DNA of 32,000 nt, from positions 60,001 through 92,000 of the forward strand of contig NC_003276.1 of assembly GCF_000009705.1 (NCBI RefSeq). Reading direction: 5' to 3'. Position numbers and translations under genes: made by a program. Within the stretch, counting starts at the first letter, position 1. Each line of letters begins with the position of its first letter. Below, piece after piece: positions 15,791 to 24,270 of this stretch. The notes below the pieces were generated by a model. That model searched no databases. It saw nothing but the letters and a program-made list of their open reading frames with translations, and had not been told where the DNA came from. This DNA comes from Nostoc sp. PCC 7120 = FACHB-418 (lineage in GTDB: Bacteria > Cyanobacteriota > Cyanobacteriia > Cyanobacteriales > Nostocaceae).

Positions 15791-18700
15791 ATGGTCAGTC
15801 TCATCGCTACACAAGGGACTCTCTTTGATCTGCAAACAGTTTTGGATTATGGGCAATCAATCCTCAACGTTGCTCTTGAGTTGAGCAAATCACTCATTGA
15901 ACACCGACCACTAACCACCAAAACGATTCAAGCCCAGATGAATCGTCACTTCCACGGCACGGCAGCAGAGGGCGCTTGGCAGTGGAAGGACGCTTACGAG
16001 GCTGTGGAAGTGGCAGCAATATTGTACTTGCGGCATAAGGGGCTACCTCCTTATCCCCTGAAAGAACTGCAACTAATTGAATCACTTTGCCCCACGCACA
16101 CCCGTCGCAGCGAAGAACAATTGCAGCTTCAGCAGTTTTCTACCCCGTTGTCTTTGGCATATCTGGTTTCCCTTGCCGGACAAATACAGGGCAATGACCT
16201 GATGCTGGAACCATCAGCCGGAAATGGGATTCTGGCTCAGTTTGCTAAACTCCAGGGTGCGAGTTTGATGCTCAACGAACTCTCAAACGACAGAAGCAAA
16301 ATCCTCCGGCGGCTGTTCGGTGGCGTTCCGCTATTCTCCGTCAATGCCGAACAGATAAATGACTATCTGGCTGGAAAGACTCAGCCATCTGTTGTGCTGA
16401 TGAATCCACCGTTTTCAGCATCACCCAAAATCAACAGCCGCAATCCAGATGCTACCCCACGACATATCAACTCGGCGTTGCAAAGACTATGCGATCGCGG
16501 ACGCTTAGTGACAATTTCCGCCAACTGGTTTTCTCCAAACAATCCTACTTGGCGAGACACCTTTATCAAAATGCAGGAGAAGGCAACGGTAGTTCTTTCG
16601 GTTGGTATCAACGGCAAGGTGTACAGCAAGCATGGGACGCAGATTGACACTAGATTGACGGTCATCGACAAAGTTCCGGCATCTGACCCACAAGACATCC
16701 CTTGCATTGCGGATACCGTTGAACTGGACGAACTTGCAACGCTGATTGAACGACTGCCACCACGACCACTGTGGGAACGAATTACTTCAACTGCTCAAAC
16801 AGCCGTATCAAAAGCAATTCCTTTAAGTCCTGTTAAGCCTAATTCTCAATCAGCACCAGTTACTCAAGCATTATGCGAATTTCTTAATATCGTTGAGCTA
16901 GATTATGAGATTGTTGATTGGGCAGCAAATGACCAATTGAAAGATACTCTCTATGAAACCTATCGCCCACAAAGAATCCGAATCAAGGACGCAAAACCAC
17001 ATCCGTCGCTACTTTGCGAAAGTGCAGCCTTAGCCCTTGTATCTCCCCCGGCTCCCACATACAAACCCCATTTGCCTCAGCACATCATCACTCAAGGTTT
17101 GTTGTCAGAAGCACAGCTTGAAAGCGTTATTTACGCAGGTCAAGCTCACTCCGAATATCTATCAGGGTCTTATACTGTTGATGATTCTTGGGATAATGTG
17201 ACTGTCTCGGCAACTAGCTCGGAAAATGCTGTTAGATTTCGCCGTGGCTGGTTCCTTGGTGATGGGACTGGTGCGGGTAAGGGTAGACAGTGCGCGGGAA
17301 TCATCCTCGACAATTGGTGTCAGGGACGACGCAAAGCTATCTGGGTATCCAAAAGCTCTGCACTGATTGAAGATGCCCGTAGAGATTGGTGTGCTTTGGG
17401 CGGTAGTGAAAAGGACATAATTGACCTAAGTAACATTAAACTTGGCGATCCAATCCCTTTCACAGAAGGCATCTTGTTCTGCACATATTCCACGCTACGT
17501 TCCCAAAAGAACGGTAAAAGTCGGCTTAAGCAAATTGTTGAGTGGGCAGGCAAGGACTTTGAGGGTGCGATCTCCTTTGACGAGTGCCACAGCATGGGTA
17601 ACGCAATGGCACAGGAAGGTACACTCGGTTTGGTGAGCGCATCACAGCAGGGAATTGTCGGGCTTCGGTTACAAAATGCTCTACCCAGAGCCAGAGTTGT
17701 CTATGTCTCTGCCACCGGAGCCACTAAAGTCTCTAACCTCTCCTATGCTAATCGCCTCGGACTCTGGCAAACGGGTGATTTCCCCTTTACCTCGCGTGAG
17801 GATTTTGTGGAGTCCATTGAAGTCGGCGGTATTGCTGCAATGGAAGTGGTGGCACGAGATTTAAAGGCGTTGGGTCTGTATTTAGCGCGATCGCTTTCCT
17901 TCGACGGTGTGGAATATGAGATGTTAGAAATCGAACTTACTCCTACCCAAGAACGTATCTATGACAATTACGCCGATGCCTTTCAAATCATCCATAACAA
18001 CCTTCACAAAGCATTAGAAGCCTGCAATATCACTGGTGCGAAAACATACAATCGTGCAGCTAAGATGTCTGCCATGTCTCAGTTTGAATCGCATAAGCAA
18101 AGGTTCTTTAACCATTTGCTGACCGGAATGAAGTGTCCCATGCTAATCAAAGCAATTGAGAATGATTTAGCTGCGGGTAATGCTGTTGTTATTCAAATCG
18201 TATCGACTAATGAAGAATTGCTTAAGCGACGACTCAATGAGGTTCCGGCAGAGGAGTGGAAGGACTTAAACCTTGACCTGACTCCACGGGAATACGTCAT
18301 GGACTACTTGTTAAGTGCCTTTCCCGTACATCTGCATGAGATTCACTCATCAGCTGAAGGAGAGGAACGTTCCGAACCAGCCTTTGATGCCGATGGTTCT
18401 CCGATTGTTTCGGCTGAAGCTGTGGCTTTGAGAGATGCCTTAGTCGATAAGTTAGCAAGCCTTGACCCAATACCAGGAGCTTTAGAACAACTGCTGTGGC
18501 ATTTCGGTCACAAGCAAGTGGCTGAAGTGACTGGACGTAGCAAACGAGTTCTCAAGGATGATTCCGGGCGTTTGTTTGTCGATTCACGGGGCGCTGGTAC
18601 GAATATTGCGGAAACAAACGCTTTTATGACGGGAGATAAGCAAATCCTCATCTTCTCTGATGCTGGTGGTACTGGCAGAAGTTATCATGCGGATCTCAAT

Positions 18701-20056
18701 GCTGTGAATCGTCGGCGGCGATCGCACTATTTGCTCGAAGCTGGTTGGAGGGCAGATAATGCCATTCAAGGACTTGGGCGCTCTCACCGGACTAACCAAG
18801 CATCTGCACCAGTATTCCGTCCAGTGACCACTAACGTTAGAGGTGAACGCCGCTTCATCTCGACTATCGCTCGACGGTTGGACAGCTTGGGCGCACTGAC
18901 ACGGGGGCAACGGCAGACTGGAGGTAATGGAATCTTCGACACTAAGGATAATCTTGAATCCCAGTACGCGGAGTATGCCTTGTACGAACTCTTTAAGCAG
19001 ATATTCCAAGGTCGATTCTATGAGGTTCCACTAGGGACTTTTGAGCAAATGACTGGACTCAGCCTGACTTCTCATGAAGGCGGGATGAAGATCGACCTCC
19101 CACCCTTGCGACAGTTCCTTAATCGACTGCTGGCTTTGACTATCAGGATGCAGAACGTGATTTTCGAGCGTTTTGAGTTGCTCTTGAGTCAACAAATTGA
19201 GACGGCGATCGCAAACGGTATCTTTGAAGCTGGAGTAGAAACGCTCCGTGCTGAAAGGTTTACTATCGAAAGCTGCGAATCTGTTTACACGCACCCAGAT
19301 ACCGGGAGTGTAACTAACTACCTGAAGGTCGAGCAAGTTCAACGAAATAACATCAGAACTGCTGTCGAGATGCTTGAGTTTGCTGCTAAGTACCAAGGAC
19401 AACTCATGGTAAATCAGAAATCCAGTAACGCGGCTGTATCCATTCCTACGCACAGTATATTCGACTGTGATGGTGGTGTTGTGCCACGGGTTTTACTCGT
19501 CCGTCCACAGAAAGAAACTCGTGTACCAGTCGAACAATTGGAATCATCCACTTGGCAGCAGGTTTCGGCTGAGGAGTTTGTTACGGCGTGGTCGAGAGAA
19601 GTTGATGAATTACCCAGATTCACTACTGATTACTTGCATTTGGTTACAGGCATATTGCTACCCATTTGGAAAATTCTGCCACAGAAGAACAGCCGGGTGT
19701 TTCGCCTGCAAACAAGTGATGGACAGAAAATTCTGGGGCGGGTTGTTCATGCCTCAGACATCCAGACCGTTACTGAACAGCTTGGGCTGAAGAACAAGCT
19801 GCTTTCTCCAGCAGAACTTGTTTCATTGGTACTCAACGAAGGCTATTCTCAGCAGTTGCCCGGAGGAGTCACGCTGCGGCGGTCTTCCATTGCTGGGGAA
19901 CCTCGCTTGGAATTGGTTGAGGCTCTTTCCCTAGCTGACAGACTTGTGGCTGTGGGTTGTTTCAGTGAAGTAATTCAGTGGCGCAAGCGGATATTCATTC
20001 CCACTGGCGACAAAGCTGCTGCTGTTCTGGCGGCGGTGATTGGGATTCTTGGGTAA
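15791..20056 (+). CDS. Strawberry-notch-like fusion protein: N6-adenine-type DNA methyltransferase domain plus DExH helicase
   Basis: Methyltransferase motif I is LEPSAGNGILA and motif IV is VLMNPPFS. Helicase Walker A is GDGTGAGKGRQ and the DExH box is SFDECHSMGN. The C-terminal helicase lobe has FSDAGGTGRSYH and GLGRSHRTNQ. The ORF track starts at GTG 15677. ATG 15791 is preferred because a dispersed repeat occupies 15750-15763. Confidence 0.8.
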   Translation: MVSLIATQGTLFDLQTVLDYGQSILNVALELSKSLIEHRPLTTKTIQAQMNRHFHGTAAEGAWQWKDAYEAVEVAAILYLRHKGLPPYPLKELQLIESLCPTHTRRSEEQLQLQQFSTPLSLAYLVSLAGQIQGNDLMLEPSAGNGILAQFAKLQGASLMLNELSNDRSKILRRLFGGVPLFSVNAEQINDYLAGKTQPSVVLMNPPFSASPKINSRNPDATPRHINSALQRLCDRGRLVTISANWFSPNNPTWRDTFIKMQEKATVVLSVGINGKVYSKHGTQIDTRLTVIDKVPASDPQDIPCIADTVELDELATLIERLPPRPLWERITSTAQTAVSKAIPLSPVKPNSQSAPVTQALCEFLNIVELDYEIVDWAANDQLKDTLYETYRPQRIRIKDAKPHPSLLCESAALALVSPPAPTYKPHLPQHIITQGLLSEAQLESVIYAGQAHSEYLSGSYTVDDSWDNVTVSATSSENAVRFRRGWFLGDGTGAGKGRQCAGIILDNWCQGRRKAIWVSKSSALIEDARRDWCALGGSEKDIIDLSNIKLGDPIPFTEGILFCTYSTLRSQKNGKSRLKQIVEWAGKDFEGAISFDECHSMGNAMAQEGTLGLVSASQQGIVGLRLQNALPRARVVYVSATGATKVSNLSYANRLGLWQTGDFPFTSREDFVESIEVGGIAAMEVVARDLKALGLYLARSLSFDGVEYEMLEIELTPTQERIYDNYADAFQIIHNNLHKALEACNITGAKTYNRAAKMSAMSQFESHKQRFFNHLLTGMKCPMLIKAIENDLAAGNAVVIQIVSTNEELLKRRLNEVPAEEWKDLNLDLTPREYVMDYLLSAFPVHLHEIHSSAEGEERSEPAFDADGSPIVSAEAVALRDALVDKLASLDPIPGALEQLLWHFGHKQVAEVTGRSKRVLKDDSGRLFVDSRGAGTNIAETNAFMTGDKQILIFSDAGGTGRSYHADLNAVNRRRRSHYLLEAGWRADNAIQGLGRSHRTNQASAPVFRPVTTNVRGERRFISTIARRLDSLGALTRGQRQTGGNGIFDTKDNLESQYAEYALYELFKQIFQGRFYEVPLGTFEQMTGLSLTSHEGGMKIDLPPLRQFLNRLLALTIRMQNVIFERFELLLSQQIETAIANGIFEAGVETLRAERFTIESCESVYTHPDTGSVTNYLKVEQVQRNNIRTAVEMLEFAAKYQGQLMVNQKSSNAAVSIPTHSIFDCDGGVVPRVLLVRPQKETRVPVEQLESSTWQQVSAEEFVTAWSREVDELPRFTTDYLHLVTGILLPIWKILPQKNSRVFRLQTSDGQKILGRVVHASDIQTVTEQLGLKNKLLSPAELVSLVLNEGYSQQLPGGVTLRRSSIAGEPRLELVEALSLADRLVAVGCFSEVIQWRKRIFIPTGDKAAAVLAAVIGILG

Positions 20057-20062
20057 TGAAAG

Positions 20063-20101
20063 CAAAGCGATGTGGGTGAACTACCCGTCGCTTTGTTTTT
20101 T
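20063..20101 (+). terminator. Rho-independent terminator downstream of the strawberry-notch-like gene
   Basis: The stem caaagcga (20063-20070) pairs with tcgctttg (20088-20095), with an inner gggt/accc pairing, followed by TTTTTT. Confidence 0.6.
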
Positions 20102-20166
20102 CTAAGATTCTGGTGTGCAGTTGCGACTTTTGATAATTCTTATTACTAGCTCAATTTTTCCGCATC

Positions 20167-20208
20167 CCTTCCACAGCTTTTCCACAGCTACCTCGGCTAT
20201 TTTCCACA
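20167..20208 (+). promoter_or_regulatory. Cluster of three co-oriented DnaA-box-like 9-mers
   Basis: CCTTCCACA lies at 20167-20175, TTTTCCACA at 20178-20186 and TTTTCCACA at 20200-20208. TTTTCCACA is the DnaA-box variant reported for cyanobacterial oriC regions. Confidence 0.4.
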
Positions 20209-20565
20209 GACAGTCAACAAGGCTACAGGCTTTTGCCGTGTCGCTGGGGATTTTATCTTCTAGGCTTTAAGTCTTGTTAATTACTGAGTTTTTATTAAGT
20301 AACGTAACAGAAATGTATCTTCAACCCTGATGCTGCCGTAATACTTAATTCTTTTTGTACTTATGCTTGACATTTCGCAACATTGACAACCCTACCCCCT
20401 GGAGTTGCACAATAATTCGACTAGTCCTTCTTGTCGTTAAGACTTCTACAAATATCTGTATAAGAGTATTTAAACGTATTACAGATTGTTTAGTAGCTAC
20501 TCAACGATATAGCAAAGGTTAAAGCTAGTTGTCAGGTTAATTCTCTTGTCTCCAGTCCGCATCCT

Positions 20566-20763
20566 ATGAACGCAACAGTTAGCATTTTCACTCAAATCCC
20601 TGCCTCCTTGCACGATTGTATGCAGGATTACTTACAGCAACACCCAGATTGGGATGAGAAACGTTTACTGGCTGCGGCTGTCTCACTGTTTCTGCTGCAA
20701 AACGGTGATGGAGATCGCCATGTTGGGCAAGTTTATCTTGAGGCTATGTTCCATCGTTCTTGA
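20566..20763 (+). CDS. Small cyanobacterial protein (DUF2811-like)
   Basis: IPASLHDCMQDYLQQHPDWDEKRLLAAAVSLFLLQNG matches my recollection of the DUF2811 pattern (IPE.LH..L..Y...HP.WD..R...AA.SLFLLQNG). Confidence 0.55.
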   Translation: MNATVSIFTQIPASLHDCMQDYLQQHPDWDEKRLLAAAVSLFLLQNGDGDRHVGQVYLEAMFHRS

Positions 20764-20829
20764 ATCAACATCAGTGGTGCTATATTCTCAAGCACCAATC
20801 TATCAGCATGAACAAACCGTACTTAATAT

Positions 20830-21300
20830 CTATGCACTGTATCTGCTTCGCTCATCAACATAGCAATCTAAGTCTAGCTTTGCCAAATAATTAGCAAAGT
20901 CTCTAGCATCTTCCCAACTTGTTAATCGAGCATATATTACCGCATTTCCTCGGTCTTCATCGAAGCAGCACTCAGTTTTATACACTTTTCCTGATAAATA
21001 TTCTTGAATTTTCTTAACGCTTGCGGGGCTGAATCTATACTTGTTTTCGCTAAATCCTTCAACGCAATCAGCAGTAACAACGAATTTATATTTCCCCCTA
21101 GATTTAATATAAATGTCAATCCAATTTTTGTTGTTTTGGTGAATTTTCTGGCGGTATTTAGCCATTTTCTGCAAATATTGAGTAGCGTGTTTTTTAGATT
21201 TTGCCTCTTTGAGGTTGCATCCAAAAATATTTGCACCTGCTTCGTTCATTTCCCGTTCTGTAGTTAACAGAATATATTTACTGGGGGATGTGTAATCCAT
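20830..21300 (-). CDS. Hypothetical protein in an AT-rich segment
   Basis: The ORF was trimmed to the internal ATG (21300-21298, MDYTSPSKYILL...). No motif was recognised. Confidence 0.5.
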   Translation of the reverse strand: MDYTSPSKYILLTTEREMNEAGANIFGCNLKEAKSKKHATQYLQKMAKYRQKIHQNNKNWIDIYIKSRGKYKFVVTADCVEGFSENKYRFSPASVKKIQEYLSGKVYKTECCFDEDRGNAVIYARLTSWEDARDFANYLAKLDLDCYVDERSRYSA

Positions 21301-21576
21301 CAATACTATCTCCAAAAATATAGAATCTAATTCGGAGCAGACAATTTCCAGTATAAAATATTTAAAATAGGCAACAAAACTTAGATACAAAGCAACACAA
21401 CAAGGTTTTGAAATTAACGTTTATGTTTCCTAAGACTTGGAAGAATGTAAACAACACAAAAGCCTACAGCCAGATGAACCGTCACACATATTCGATGTAT
21501 ACGAGTTAACCCAAAAGTGTAACTTACCTCAAAAAATTGCTTCTAGCCCCAATGCAATGGTATTTGAACGACAGTC

Positions 21577-21900
21577 ATGAGTAACCCTTTTTCCCATCCC
21601 GAAGATCCAGATTTGCATTTATCTATTCAGGAGAACCTAAAACAGCTTTCGGCTCAGTTGGGATCTCCCTTGGACGAATCATCAGTCATGGAAATATACC
21701 AGGATGCGTGCGATCTACTAAGCCACCTTTCCCCATCACCTCTTACTCTCGCCCGCGTTGCTGGAACATTACTGGTTTACCGAGTCAATGATACAGAACC
21801 AGAAGAATCTAAGTGGTTCAGCAGCCAGGTGAAACAATGCCTAGACGACGAAGAAGTTGAGGAGTTGATCGAATCTATCTCTCGCACTGATGCTTTGTAA
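21577..21900 (+). CDS. Hypothetical highly acidic 107-aa protein (paralog A)
   Basis: 21 Asp/Glu versus 6 Lys/Arg. It is 97/107 identical to the ORF at 30115-30438, and this conservation of the reading frame supports a real gene. Confidence 0.65.
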   Translation: MSNPFSHPEDPDLHLSIQENLKQLSAQLGSPLDESSVMEIYQDACDLLSHLSPSPLTLARVAGTLLVYRVNDTEPEESKWFSSQVKQCLDDEEVEELIESISRTDAL

Positions 21901-21968
21901 TCGCTGAGAAAACGGAGTCTCGCAATTCTTCTTTAAACTTTTAATTCAGTCCCAGGAGGAAAAGTACG

Positions 21969-22283
21969 ATGAAAATTGCATTAACAAATTTACCGCCAGA
22001 ACACGGAGAACGGATTGCTCGTTTGCTTGTAGAAGAGCATATTGTAGCCTGTGTTAACCTGTATCCAGTCCACAGTATATATTCTTGGAAAGGAGAAGTT
22101 TGTTCAGAGGCAGAAGTGACATTAATGATGAAGGTTTCAACTCAAGGAATAGAGCGTTTAAAACAACGTATTTGTGAACTTCATCCCTATGAGTTACCAG
22201 AGTTTGTTGTTATTGAGGTTGATAACAATGCTTCTCTGCGGGAGTATATTGACTTTGTTAAAGGAGAAACTCATCTGTATTAA
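21969..22283 (+). CDS. cutA: CutA1 divalent-cation-tolerance family protein
   Basis: VACVNLYPVHSIYSWKGEVCSEAEVTLMMKVS...HPYELPEFVVIEV matches the CutA signature. The length is 104 aa. Confidence 0.85.
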   Translation: MKIALTNLPPEHGERIARLLVEEHIVACVNLYPVHSIYSWKGEVCSEAEVTLMMKVSTQGIERLKQRICELHPYELPEFVVIEVDNNASLREYIDFVKGETHLY

Positions 22284-22387
22284 GATAAATTAGTGTTATC
22301 AAGTTTCCTCACCAATCTCTTGATCACAATCTGCACTCGCGGGATCATCTTTCCAGCACTCCATAAGAAAGTCTAAGTCTGAGTTTT

Positions 22388-23065
22388 ATGAAGTTTGAAC
22401 GTTACTATTGCGGAGAAGCTGACTCTTGTGGCAATAGCGCAAGCACCCACATCCAAGCGCGGGATATCAGTCTTTACGAACTAGAGGAAACTTTTGGATT
22501 AGAGTTAGTTACCGATATTAATTTTTTCCCAGAATGGCGAGAAAATTTACCTTTACTAACAGATATTGAAAAATCATCTTTAGAAAGAGTAAAAAGCAAT
22601 TATTCAAATTTAACTAAACGCCGCCCCATGTCTGAAGAAGTAGTGAAGATGGTTGTGTTGTCTCCATTACTTGATTTAGCTGGTTTTTATCAACCTAATT
22701 TCGAGATTGAAACAGAAACTTCTACTGAAATTTCTGCTGTAGATGAAAGCGTTATCGTTAAAGGTAGTATTGATGTTTTAGTTGTAAATAAAAGACTTTG
22801 GATACTTGTTATTGAATCTAAAAACACCAAATTTGATGTGATATCTGCACTACCTCAAGCACTGGCTTACATACTCGACACTCCCAATGCTGAACGACCA
22901 ACTTTTGGTTTGCTTGTCAATGGTAGAGAGTTTGTTTTTGTCAAATTAGTTCAGGCACAAAATCCAAAATATACTCGTTCTGATGCTTTATCAATAGAAA
23001 AACCAAATGAAATTCAGCAAGTTTTAAGCGTACTAAAAAGATTTAGTGAATTAATTCTGTTGTAG
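22388..23065 (+). CDS. Stand-alone PD-(D/E)xK nuclease-fold protein (HsdR-N-terminal-like restriction endonuclease domain)
   Basis: GSIDVLVVNKRLWILVIESKN supplies D...ExK. The upstream VKMVVLSPLLDLAGFY block is typical of the small cyanobacterial 'restriction endonuclease subunit R-like' family, from memory. Confidence 0.6.
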   Translation: MKFERYYCGEADSCGNSASTHIQARDISLYELEETFGLELVTDINFFPEWRENLPLLTDIEKSSLERVKSNYSNLTKRRPMSEEVVKMVVLSPLLDLAGFYQPNFEIETETSTEISAVDESVIVKGSIDVLVVNKRLWILVIESKNTKFDVISALPQALAYILDTPNAERPTFGLLVNGREFVFVKLVQAQNPKYTRSDALSIEKPNEIQQVLSVLKRFSELILL

Positions 23066-23222
23066 TATTTTTAACTGAAAAAACAAGATACAAGCGTGTT
23101 TGAATATTGGGATTGACAATAGTTTTGGTCAACCGAAGAAAAGGATACTGGGGTAGAGAGATTCTAATCACCATCAAGTATTTTTCTGCTACAGTCAGAA
23201 GATTGAGTTTTTACCAAAGTTT

Positions 23223-23783
23223 ATGTCAATTAATCTCCAACTTGAAACACCACGTTTGTTACTGCGTGAGTTTCAAAACAGTGACAAGGTAGCATTCGCC
23301 GCTTATCGCTCAGATCCAGGAACAGCAAAATATCAAAGTTGGGATACACCCTATTCAGAAGCACAAGCAGAAGCTTTTATAGAATCTTTGCAGCATTTAA
23401 CCTCCAGTATTTTAGGTGAGTGGTATCAATTAGCCATTGAACTCAAATCAACAAGACAAATCATTGGTGACTGTGCTTTCTGTATCTTAGCTGAGGATGG
23501 AAAACAAGGAGAAATTGGCTTTACCTTAGCGCGTAAATACCAAGGTAACGGCTATGGCACGGAAGCTGTGATTTTTTTATTAAATTATTTATTTAACCAT
23601 CTAAATTTACATCGAGTGCGCGCTAACTGCGACCCTGAAAATCTAGCATCCATTAAACTATTAGAACGAGTTGGTATGCGCCTTGAAGGTCGTTTTATTA
23701 AGAGTTTGTGGTTTAAAAATAATTGGGTAGATGAAATGTGGTTTGCTATTTTACAAGATGAATTTACAGCCGTTAATGTGTAG
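23223..23783 (+). CDS. GNAT-family N-acetyltransferase (RimJ/RimL-like)
   Basis: The N-terminus is LETPRLLLREF. The acetyl-CoA-binding region is IGFTLARKYQGNGYGTEA. The length is 186 aa. Confidence 0.85.
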   Translation: MSINLQLETPRLLLREFQNSDKVAFAAYRSDPGTAKYQSWDTPYSEAQAEAFIESLQHLTSSILGEWYQLAIELKSTRQIIGDCAFCILAEDGKQGEIGFTLARKYQGNGYGTEAVIFLLNYLFNHLNLHRVRANCDPENLASIKLLERVGMRLEGRFIKSLWFKNNWVDEMWFAILQDEFTAVNV

Positions 23784-23931
23784 TGCAATTTGTATATTAA
23801 TCTGCACATTAAACCTATTGTTGAAATTTATCAAGCTCCCTTACCTAACATTGCAGGTACGTCAATCTCTTTAATACAAGTAGCTTGTGATCAGGAAAGA
23901 TACAGTCAAGAATGCGAAAAAGATCCCCTAG

Positions 23932-24129
23932 AGCGATCGCTTCACCATAGCTCAGATTCCCGGCTGCAAGATCCACCAACACTTCGGGTGTGCCAACGTT
24001 GTCAGGGTTAATTACGGTTACGATCAATTGGTTGCTGTGGGGTGCTTTACGGAGATTATCTACTGGCGTAAGCGCGTGTTTGTGCCAACGGGAGGGCCCA
24101 CGGCGGCGGTGATTGGGATTTTTGGGTAA
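23932..24129 (+). pseudogene. 3'-terminal remnant of a second strawberry-notch-like gene
   Basis: The in-frame translation ends ...YDQLVAVGCFTEIIYWRKRVFVPTGGPTAAVIGIFG*. The intact gene ends ...ADRLVAVGCFSEVIQWRKRIFIPTGDKAAAVLAAVIGILG*. The frame is closed by TAG at 23929-23931. Nucleotide similarity continues through the terminator to about 24215. Confidence 0.75.
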
Positions 24130-24134
24130 TAAGA

Positions 24135-24172
24135 GCAAAGCGATGTGGTTAAAGCCCGTTGCTTTGTTTTTT
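24135..24172 (+). terminator. Rho-independent terminator (paralogous copy of 20063-20101)
   Basis: gcaaagcg...gctttg stem followed by TTTTTT. Confidence 0.5.
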
Positions 24173-24270
24173 CAAAATTCTGCTGAGTGCATCAAAGCTT
24201 GGGACTTTTGAAGCTAAATGCGCGTATGCTTCAATAATATATATGACTTGCGACCTCCCACAAGAAGACT

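Noticed and set aside
16381-19623. Multiple 60-140-aa antisense or out-of-frame ORFs inside the 1.4k-aa gene
   Set aside because: They are fully nested in a long ORF with strong domain motifs, and they have no independent signals.
23790-24138. 73-aa (plus) and 97-aa (minus) ORFs
   Set aside because: They overlap the degenerate strawberry-notch 3' remnant, so the open frames are better explained as relic sequence.
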